Program-made: the position numbers and the translations under genes
NCBI GenBank assembly: GCA_964436045.1
Contig: CAYTBN010000006.1
Location: 48,300-112,299, forward strand
Length of the DNA stretch: 64,000 bases
From: an uncultured Rickettsiales bacterium
GTDB taxonomy: Bacteria; Myxococcota_A; UBA796; UBA9615; CAYRNR01
Direction of reading: 5' to 3'
In this document: positions 38,874 to 46,310 of the stretch, one piece after another
Layout: each line of letters begins with the position of its first letter
How positions within the stretch are numbered: position 1 is the first letter of the stretch
The notes under the pieces: model-generated
What the model saw: only the letters and a program-made list of their open reading frames with translations
What the model was told of the DNA's origin: nothing
The model's database searches: none

Positions 38874-40565
38874 CTAGGGCGCGGCCGTCGCGATGACGGT
38901 GGACTCGGGGTAGAAGCTGCCCGCCAGGTCCAGGTGGCGCAGGGCCTCCTTCTCACGGGCCTTCTTGTCCGACAGCAATCCGAGCACGCCCCTCGGCCCC
39001 CCGAACATCAGCTCGTGGAAGCGTCGGTACTGCTGGGCCGCGCAGACCTGCTGGGCGTAGTGGCGTCCGGCGTACGGGTCCACGTCGTCCAGTGGGGCCA
39101 GGTTGAACACCGCGTTGGTGTGGACCACTTTCTTGCGCAGCGACTCGAAGCGGAGCTGGGGATCCGCCCGTTCCAGCTCCGGCCCCACCGAGAAGGAGAC
39201 AGCCACTTGTTCGGGGAAGTAGGGTTCGATCTCGGCGATCGACAGTTCGCTCGCCTCGATGCTCTCGGCGTTGTCGTAGTGAAGAGCTTCGAGGAAGAAC
39301 TGCTTGGTTCGCAGGGTCGCGGTCTCCCACGTGAGGTTGGCCACAGTCAGGTTGACCACGATCACGAAGTCGCCCTCGACGACCTTACGTTCCACGTGGT
39401 CGAGGCTGACCAGGAAGTCGCCCACGGGCAGCACGTCGCCGAGATAGGCATCGTCTCGTTGCAGGAAGATCACCAGCGGCTGCGTCCCGTCACCGCCTGC
39501 CACCGTCTCTCCGGGGATGGTGAATCGCATGCCCGTCACCGTCGGCGGCGCCTTGAAGTGCAGGCGCGCGGTCTGGCCACGTCCCGGCCCTAGCTCGACC
39601 CGGGAGGTCAGACCCGGGCGGAACACCTGGCCGGCGTCGTCCTGGAGCTGGAACAGGTTGGGATCGATGGTGAGGGGCTCCTCCCCCGTGTTGGTCAGCC
39701 TGACGGCGACGCGGTAGTAGACCAGATCCGGATCGAGCTGCTCGGCGTACTCCACCTGCCGCAGGACCTCCTCGAGCTTGACCTCCAGCTTGTTGGTGGT
39801 CTGCACAGCTGCGCCGAGATCGAAGCGGCCGAAGTCGTCCCGGGGCGAGCGCACGAGACGGGGATCGACCACGCCGGTCGGCCCCAGGGTCAGCTCCCAT
39901 TGCTCGCCCAGGAGCAGGGCCACGTCCAGGCCGCCGAGGGCGCGGGTCTCGACGTCGAGGTAGGACGGCGCGGGCCGCTCTTCCGTCAGAACGGCCCACA
40001 GCCGCTTGGCTGTGCGGCCGACGCTGGCCGAGCGGTCTCCCTGGAAGCGGTAGTAATAGGGTCCCTTGTCCTCGATCAGCCCCTGCTGCTCACCCTCGCT
40101 GCCGGACAGCTGCTCGAAGTAGACGAGCTCCAGGGGGTCGTCGAGCTTGCGGTGGGTCACCGTCGTCTGGCCGACACCTACGTGGAGGGTGTCTCCGGGT
40201 ACCTGCAGCTCGAGGACGTTCCCCTCGGCACCGGAAGGCGCGATTTCCGACCAGCGCAGGTGGGTCGATACCACGCCTTCGACGACTTCCTGCTTGACCA
40301 CGGCGAGGCGGGCGATGGGCGTGTTCTGCTCGGCGACCGCGGCGATCACACCGAGGTTCTTTCGTTCCGTCGCCCGGTGGTTGATCATGGCGTACAGGAA
40401 GAGGATCAGCAGCACGACCAGTACGCCGATCAGCCCGATCAATCGGGGCTTGCGGTCCTCTTCGTCCCCGATCAGCTTGTGGAGCCAGCCCCCTGAGCGA
40501 TTCCCGCCCAGCGGATTTCCGGCGCGCGGCTCTTCCTGCGGACGATCGTTGCTGCCGTCAGCCAT
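38874..40565 (-). CDS. Single-pass membrane protein with repeated Ig-like (DUF4352-like) exported modules, hypothetical
   Basis: 563 aa. TM segment LIGLIGVLVVLLILFLYAMI, followed by beta-rich domains. No catalytic motif seen. Confidence 0.65.
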   Translation of the reverse strand: MADGSNDRPQEEPRAGNPLGGNRSGGWLHKLIGDEEDRKPRLIGLIGVLVVLLILFLYAMINHRATERKNLGVIAAVAEQNTPIARLAVVKQEVVEGVVSTHLRWSEIAPSGAEGNVLELQVPGDTLHVGVGQTTVTHRKLDDPLELVYFEQLSGSEGEQQGLIEDKGPYYYRFQGDRSASVGRTAKRLWAVLTEERPAPSYLDVETRALGGLDVALLLGEQWELTLGPTGVVDPRLVRSPRDDFGRFDLGAAVQTTNKLEVKLEEVLRQVEYAEQLDPDLVYYRVAVRLTNTGEEPLTIDPNLFQLQDDAGQVFRPGLTSRVELGPGRGQTARLHFKAPPTVTGMRFTIPGETVAGGDGTQPLVIFLQRDDAYLGDVLPVGDFLVSLDHVERKVVEGDFVIVVNLTVANLTWETATLRTKQFFLEALHYDNAESIEASELSIAEIEPYFPEQVAVSFSVGPELERADPQLRFESLRKKVVHTNAVFNLAPLDDVDPYAGRHYAQQVCAAQQYRRFHELMFGGPRGVLGLLSDKKAREKEALRHLDLAGSFYPESTVIATAAP

Positions 40566-40583
40566 CGGTCTACTCCTCTTTCC

Positions 40584-41393
40584 TCATCTCCGCGAACCGC
40601 GTCTGACGCGCCGGGACCGCCGGAAATCCTCCCCATCCATCTCGTAGAACTCACACATCCCGTGAAGCCGCGACTGGATCCGCGTTCCGACCCGTTGGGC
40701 CAGGGTGTCGGCGACGAAGCCCGATCGCCGCTCCCGCGAGTCCATCTCCCGATCCAGGTGGTTGGTGGTCGCGACCGTCGTGGTGTCGGCGTTGTACCGG
40801 CGGCTCACCAGGTCGTCGAGCACGTCCAGCTCCCAGTCGGTGCCCCGGCCCTTGCCCAGGTCGTCGATCACCAACACCTCGACCCGGGCCAGGGGCTCCA
40901 GCAGCGCGGCGGAGCCCTCCCGGCGCTCGTAGGTCGCCTTGAGATCGTGGAGCAGCTGGACGAAGTCGCAGAACAGGCACGGGACTCCCTTCTCCAGCGT
41001 CAGTTCCCTCACGATCGCAGCGGCGAGGTGGGTCTTTCCCACCCCGACCGGTCCCAGCAGGACCAGCCCCCGCCGTTCCAGCGGATAGCTGCGCACCAGC
41101 TCCCGCGCCGCCTTCCAGCCGTCTCCCTGGCTATCGGTCCTCGGAGCGAAAGTGTCCAGTCGGCTGTCGCCAAACAGGGCCGGGACTCCGGCTCGATTGA
41201 ACAGCTCCATCCGGCGTGAGAACGCCCGACAGCCGCAGGGGCCCACCACCGGATAGCCGCCTTCGCCCACGCGCCGCACCACGCCTGCGCCCGCGCACTC
41301 GGGGCATTCCCAGCCGTTCGCGGCGCGGGCGACCGCCCGGCCTTGGACCGGTGCGACCGTGTATGTCGGGGTACCTGTGGGCGCGGCGCTCAT
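40584..41393 (-). CDS. IstB/DnaC-like AAA+ ATPase with an N-terminal zinc-ribbon
   Basis: CPECAGAG...PCGC Cys pairs, Walker A GPVGVGKTHLAAAI, Walker B VLVIDDLG, sensor TTNH. Confidence 0.8.
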   Translation of the reverse strand: MSAAPTGTPTYTVAPVQGRAVARAANGWECPECAGAGVVRRVGEGGYPVVGPCGCRAFSRRMELFNRAGVPALFGDSRLDTFAPRTDSQGDGWKAARELVRSYPLERRGLVLLGPVGVGKTHLAAAIVRELTLEKGVPCLFCDFVQLLHDLKATYERREGSAALLEPLARVEVLVIDDLGKGRGTDWELDVLDDLVSRRYNADTTTVATTNHLDREMDSRERRSGFVADTLAQRVGTRIQSRLHGMCEFYEMDGEDFRRSRRVRRGSRR

Positions 41394-41399
41394 GGATCG

Positions 41400-42047
41400 T
41401 CAATCCTGCCAGAAACGTCGGGGATCCAGTACCGGATCCTGCTCGATTAGCCTGCGCCTCACAAGCTCGGCCACCAGATCCTCGCGCGCGTCCGCGCTCA
41501 TGCTGGCGAGAATCGCGGCCGATGCAGCGCCCACGCTGTCGCGCAGGTCCACTTGCGCCCCCGCGGGCAAGGCCTCCAGGACCCGCTGGTAGTGCTCCCG
41601 GGAGATGGCCAGGAAGCGAACGAAGGCCCGCTCCTGCCCCAGCCCCTCCGTGCCGGCCAGCTCGGACAGAGCCGTCGCCGCTGGCTCGGGCGGATCCGCT
41701 GCCAGCGCGCGAACCACCGGGCGCCAGCTGTCGTCGGCCTCGGGTCCGCCGCCCTCCTCGGGAGCAGGATCGGGTTTGCGCGCCGCATCGCGGTCCTCCG
41801 CGCCGTGGCGGTCGGCCAGCTCGATGTCTTTGCGCATCCGGGCGAGGGGGAGTCCGCGCGGGGGGCGTTTCAGGCGGGAGAGCCGCTTCGCGCCCTTCCG
41901 GATTCCGGCCAAGGCGGACTCCAGCGGGATCCCTCCGTCGAATAGCTGCTCGATTTCGTGGAGGTCCATGTCGCCCAGCAGCTGAGCCCGTGGGCAGAGG
42001 TGCTGGACCAGCGCCTCGATCTCTCGCAAGTAGGTGGCGTGGTCCAT
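41400..42047 (-). CDS. Hypothetical protein, operon partner of the IstB/DnaC-like ATPase
   Basis: 215 aa with good coding character. Its stop lies 6 nt before the ATPase start. No family recognised. Confidence 0.6.
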   Translation of the reverse strand: MDHATYLREIEALVQHLCPRAQLLGDMDLHEIEQLFDGGIPLESALAGIRKGAKRLSRLKRPPRGLPLARMRKDIELADRHGAEDRDAARKPDPAPEEGGGPEADDSWRPVVRALAADPPEPAATALSELAGTEGLGQERAFVRFLAISREHYQRVLEALPAGAQVDLRDSVGAASAAILASMSADAREDLVAELVRRRLIEQDPVLDPRRFWQD

Positions 42048-42172
42048 CGGACGGCCAAGATACCACGGCCTGATCAGGGGGCTGCGCAGCTTGAAATCAC
42101 CCCGGCTTTGTACTTAGATGGACGGCCCTGCTGCCTCGGAACGCGGGTGGCGAGGGCTTCCCGGAGGTCGTG

Positions 42173-43234
42173 ATGCTTCGCGGTTGGTGGTCGCCGTTGT
42201 GGGTGCTGGTCGCCGCGCTCGTCCTGCCCGTGTCCGCGCGGGCGCAGGACGACGAGGAGGACATCATCATCGAGGATGATGAGGAGCCCCTGGTCAAGGA
42301 GGACAACTCCAAGATCTACCGCCTGTACAAGGAGGAGGTCGAAGGGTTCGCGGAGCTCGAGGAGATGGACGCCTGGTACGGGTACCTGGACGAGTACCCC
42401 AACACCATGTACCGCACCGAGATCGTACGGCGGATCAAGGCACTGGAGGCCGGCGCGCTGGACGAGGCCGAGAGCGAGGCCCCGGCCTGGGAGTCGGAGA
42501 CGGATGACTCACGGGGCGCCAAGTACGAGGAGATGTACTTCCTCGAGCCGTTCAACTTCCTGTCGCTGAATACCCGTAGCAAGGTCCACCTGGCCATCGC
42601 TTACGGCTATGCGGACATGTTCAACTACGACTTCGGCGCCGAATATGCGCTGCGGCGGAACTTCTCGATCTTCGGTCACGCCCGCCACTGGTCCCAGGGC
42701 ATCGGCTTCACGGCCGATCTGGGCGCCAAGTACGCGGTGGTCAAGGACGTGCGGACCGGCGGCCTGTTCGTGGTGGGCGCCCGGCTGAAGGCGGGGGCCG
42801 ATCCGGGCCTGAAGATCGGCGTGGACCCCTTCGTGGGTATCGGTGCCGCTCCCCTCGGCAGCCCGGTCAGCCTCCAGTTCGAGGTGGGTTTCGACATGCG
42901 ATTCACCCCCTGGCACTGGGACGCCCACGCTGGGGTGAACCTGGCGATCAAGCCCACCGAGAGCTTTGCCATCTTCTTCGAGGGGACCGGGCACAACTAC
43001 GTGCGCAAGACGCTGCGGTACGACGTGCCCTCGGGCGAGGAGTGTGGCGACGAGTCCAACGACGAGCACTGTATCGTCGAGTACTTCGGCTTCTACGAAG
43101 CGGCCGCGGGCGTCAAGTTCTTCCCCAAGGAGAACATCGAGGTGACCATCGCCGCCCGGGCCCCCTTCTTCTACCGCAAGTGGCAGCACTACCACCCCGC
43201 AGGCGGTGGCGCCCAGGTGCAGATCTACTTCTAG
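42173..43234 (+). CDS. Exported protein with an acidic/TPR-like N-region and a C-terminal beta-barrel, hypothetical OMP
   Basis: Signal peptide WVLVAALVLPVSARAQ. C-terminal alternating strands end in QVQIYF. Confidence 0.6.
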   Translation: MLRGWWSPLWVLVAALVLPVSARAQDDEEDIIIEDDEEPLVKEDNSKIYRLYKEEVEGFAELEEMDAWYGYLDEYPNTMYRTEIVRRIKALEAGALDEAESEAPAWESETDDSRGAKYEEMYFLEPFNFLSLNTRSKVHLAIAYGYADMFNYDFGAEYALRRNFSIFGHARHWSQGIGFTADLGAKYAVVKDVRTGGLFVVGARLKAGADPGLKIGVDPFVGIGAAPLGSPVSLQFEVGFDMRFTPWHWDAHAGVNLAIKPTESFAIFFEGTGHNYVRKTLRYDVPSGEECGDESNDEHCIVEYFGFYEAAAGVKFFPKENIEVTIAARAPFFYRKWQHYHPAGGGAQVQIYF

Positions 43235-43307
43235 CCTTGTGCAGTAGACGGATCGGTCCTGGGATTCGAGTTCCGGGACCGGTGTGAGGATCGGACGGGG
43301 AGCGGGG

Positions 43308-43499
43308 CTAGCGGATCCTGACGGACCCTTCCAGGTCGGCGCTGACCAGGTGCAGGAGCTGGGTCGACAGCTCGATCACCTGCTGGTTCGTGAGGCCGTT
43401 GTGCCTCAGCTCCTTGTAGAACGACCGCGCCATCACGCCCCGGGTTCGCTTCCACTCACTGCCGCGGTACTTGGGCATCCTCAGTTCTTCCTTGACCAT
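43308..43499 (-). CDS. Small hypothetical protein (63 aa)
   Basis: MVKEELRMPKYRGSEWKRTRG... It is preceded by a consensus sigma-54 promoter. No family recognised. Confidence 0.55.
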   Translation of the reverse strand: MVKEELRMPKYRGSEWKRTRGVMARSFYKELRHNGLTNQQVIELSTQLLHLVSADLEGSVRIR

Positions 43500-43550
43500 C
43501 TTCTACTCCCGTGTCGTCGGGTTTCTGCTTCAAACTGTCTGCGGGTGAAG

Positions 43551-43565
43551 CAAGGACCGTGCCAG
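43551..43565 (-). promoter_or_regulatory. Sigma-54 (-24/-12) promoter
   Basis: The minus strand reads TGGCACggtccTTGCt, a perfect TGGCAC-N5-TTGCW. It lies about 50 nt upstream of ATG 43499. An inverted repeat gttagc-N11-gctaac sits at 43614-43636 further upstream. Confidence 0.6.
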
Positions 43566-43753
43566 CGACCGACCGAGCGCTTGGCGTAGAAAAACATCAA
43601 TGATATCAGCTGGTTAGCGGGTAGCTGAGGCTAACTCACATCGCCAAGGGTATCTCAGCGGCGTAACGGACTACGCGAATCACCGGGGAAGTGCGAAGCG
43701 GGTTACGCAGCTCGTGGTCGGCAGGGTGTGCCAGCGACGTGGCGAAAGGCGGG

Positions 43754-45409
43754 CTAGCCCTTCTTGCTCTCCTGCTTCTTGATGACCTTCATGACCATCT
43801 GCAGTCTCTTCTTGATGTTGGGGATCTCGGGGTCGAGGCGGTAGGCCTTCTGCAGGTCCAGGAACGCCTTCTTGTGGTTCTTTTGGTAGAAGTAGCTCAG
43901 CCCGCGGTTGCAGTAGGCCTGGGCCAGCTCGCTGTCCAGCTTGAGGCACTTGGCGTACTGCTTGATCGCCTTGCTGTATTCCTTCTTGAGGAAGTGGACT
44001 TCGCCCATTCCGAGGTAGCCCGCGGGGCTGTTCGGATCGATGTCCAGTGCCGTGGCGAACTCCTCGGAGGCCGCGTCGAAGTCCGGGGCCTGGAGGTGGA
44101 CCGCGCCGAGTCCCACGTGGGCCTCGAAGTTGTCGGCTTCCAGTTCCAGGACCTTGATATACAGCTCCATGGCGGCCGGGAAGTTCTTGCGGACCCGCAG
44201 CTTGCTGGCCAGTTCCAGGTAGCGGTTGACCGCCTCCGGATCCCCTTCGACACCCTCGGTCTCGCCGTCGCCTGTCTCGATCTCGATGGGATCGCGGCCG
44301 GCGTCCTCGACGACCTCGGCGTCCTGGTCGGCCTCGTCGTCGGCGATGACCAGCGGCTCGCCGTCGCCGGTCTGGACGATGTCCAGATCGGCCTCGCCTG
44401 ACATGTCGACCTCGATCTCCTCCAACTCCGAGGACTGGAGATCGTTCTCGTCCACCTCGATGCCGAAGTCCTCCCCTTCGGGGGCCTCCTCGGCGGCGAT
44501 CTCCTCTTCGGCTGCCTCGACCTCTTCCTCGCCGGCCTCGATCTCTTCCTCGCCGGCCTCGATCTCTTCCTCGCCGGCCTCGACCTCTTCCTCGCCGGCC
44601 TCGACCTCTTCCTCGCCGGCCTCGACCTCTTCCTCGCCGGCCTCGACCTCTTCCTCCGCAGCCGCCTCGTCCAAGCTGGCGTCGACGGCCTCGGACGCCC
44701 CGGCGCCGCGCTCCTCGATGTCACCGACGTTGTAGTCGCCCACGTCGATGCGGATGTCGCGCACGTCCTCGATCTGCTCGAGGATCTCATCGCCGCTGGC
44801 CGCCTTCAGCCCCTGCTCGGCGGCCTTGCGCGCCTCGTCCAGGGCCTTGTTGACGCGTTCGCGCTCCGCTGCCGCGGTCGTCGCCGCCGCGGCGATCTCG
44901 CGCATGCGGTCTTCGAGGGACTCCTCGAGGGTCTTGAGGGAGTCGGTGAGCGTTTCCTGGACGATACTGACCAGACGGGCTTCGAGCTGCCCCGCCTTGG
45001 CGTTGACGGCCTGATCGACGATCTCCCGGAGCTCTCCGGACTGACCTCGGATCTCACCCAGCGCCTTGTCGACGCCTAGTTGGATGCGGTGCTCGATCAA
45101 CGCCTCGATCTCTTCGCGGCGCATCGCGTCACTGGCGGGAGCCATGCCCGAGGCGATCACGCCCGGCGCCGCGCCGAACCCGCGGGGGATGTCCATAGAC
45201 GCGTGTGACGCCCGCCCGGCGGCCGTGAGTCCGGCTGCCAGGATCCGCTGTCGCTGCTTGAACTGGAATCGCCCGTGGATCGCGTCGCCGAGCTCTTCCT
45301 GGGCGGCGACGATCGAGGCCAGGATCCCGTGGCAAGCGGCCATCGCCTTGTTGCTGTCGAACGCGGCCACCGACACGTCCGTGGCGTCCTCGTTTTTCTG
45401 CTTCGCCAT
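43754..45409 (-). CDS. TPR-repeat protein with a coiled-coil N-region and an acidic heptad tandem repeat
   Basis: 551 aa. The C-terminal ~170 aa are TPR-like (AHVGLGAVHLQ..., AGYLGMGEVHFLKKEYSKAIKQYAKCLKLD). The centre is (EEE[VI]EAG)x7. Confidence 0.8.
   Translation of the reverse strand: MAKQKNEDATDVSVAAFDSNKAMAACHGILASIVAAQEELGDAIHGRFQFKQRQRILAAGLTAAGRASHASMDIPRGFGAAPGVIASGMAPASDAMRREEIEALIEHRIQLGVDKALGEIRGQSGELREIVDQAVNAKAGQLEARLVSIVQETLTDSLKTLEESLEDRMREIAAAATTAAAERERVNKALDEARKAAEQGLKAASGDEILEQIEDVRDIRIDVGDYNVGDIEERGAGASEAVDASLDEAAAEEEVEAGEEEVEAGEEEVEAGEEEVEAGEEEIEAGEEEIEAGEEEVEAAEEEIAAEEAPEGEDFGIEVDENDLQSSELEEIEVDMSGEADLDIVQTGDGEPLVIADDEADQDAEVVEDAGRDPIEIETGDGETEGVEGDPEAVNRYLELASKLRVRKNFPAAMELYIKVLELEADNFEAHVGLGAVHLQAPDFDAASEEFATALDIDPNSPAGYLGMGEVHFLKKEYSKAIKQYAKCLKLDSELAQAYCNRGLSYFYQKNHKKAFLDLQKAYRLDPEIPNIKKRLQMVMKVIKKQESKKG
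44515..44661 (-). repeat. 21-nt in-frame tandem repeat, 7 units
   Basis: The plus strand reads cctcga(c/t)ctcttcctcgccgg repeated head to tail. Confidence 0.9.
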
Positions 45410-45457
45410 GACTTACCCCAGCTGGTGGTTTGGTGTGGTTCGGACCGGTGTCACCGG

Positions 45458-46033
45458 CTACTCGCCACCCTCCGCCTCGGCATCCGCGAGGGCCCCCTGG
45501 GCCTGTTCCTGCGCGCCGGCCAGGTTGGTCATCTCCTTGTTCAGGTCCTGGATGCTCTTCATGTACTCCCCGCGGACCTTGCGCATCCGGTCCACGCCCT
45601 CCTCGAGGACCTTGACCCGATTCTTGAGCTTCTTGTTCTCGCGCTCGAGCTTGCTGAGCTCCTTCTCGAGGTCGCGGATCTTGTCGTCGTCGTTGTCGAT
45701 CTCCTTGCTCTTGTCGGAGATCGTCATCTCGAGGCGCTGGATCTCCTTCTCCCGCTCGAAGCGCTCGTTCTGCTTCTCGTCCCGCGCCGCGGTCAGGGAG
45801 TCGGTGGTCTGGGTCAGGCTCGAGAGCTGCCCGCCGATTTCCCCCACCTCGATCTCGAGCTTGGACTGCATCTCACCATTACGCTTGATGTCCAGCTCCG
45901 TGTTGGCGATCTGCTGGGTCAGGCGCTCGGTGGTCTTCAGCGCCGTGGTGAGGAGGGTGATCCGCTCTTCGAGAATGCTGTTGAGCTCGTTGTTGATCTC
46001 GACGAGCCGCTCGTCACTCGCACCGTCAGCCAT
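45458..46033 (-). CDS. Coiled-coil protein, hypothetical
   Basis: ATG 46033 follows an AAAGGAGAA SD. 191 aa of heptad-rich K/E/L sequence, e.g. KIRDLEKELSKLERENKKLKNRVKVLEEG. Confidence 0.75.
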   Translation of the reverse strand: MADGASDERLVEINNELNSILEERITLLTTALKTTERLTQQIANTELDIKRNGEMQSKLEIEVGEIGGQLSSLTQTTDSLTAARDEKQNERFEREKEIQRLEMTISDKSKEIDNDDDKIRDLEKELSKLERENKKLKNRVKVLEEGVDRMRKVRGEYMKSIQDLNKEMTNLAGAQEQAQGALADAEAEGGE

Positions 46034-46310
46034 GGCGATTCTCCTTTCCGCGATGTACGTGCGGATAGCTTGTATCTTCGATGTCGGGACCCCAGATTTT
46101 CGGCCACCGCCCACCGCGAGTGCAACCGCGTGGCGCCCTCTTTTGATGGCCCGACGGCCCCGCCGGATCCAGTCTCACCAGATCAGGAGGCGACCACGCT
46201 ATCACGCGCGTTCTTTGAGTGTCAATTTGGCCAGAGACGCCGCAAGACCGCGTCGTGACGCCACTTTTCCGATGATATGATCGGCTGTCCCAAGGACCGG
46301 AATCGGAGCC

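Noticed and set aside
40584-41393. The IstB-like ATPase read as evidence of an IS21-family insertion sequence.
   Set aside because: There is no IstA transposase ORF, no inverted repeats and no GC shift around it. It is reported as an orphan ATPase instead.
43254-43281. A 9-bp stem with a 10-nt loop, cggtcctgg...ccgggaccg, between the convergent genes ending at 43234 and 43308.
   Set aside because: It could be a bidirectional terminator, but no U-tract follows on either strand, so it is not listed as a feature.
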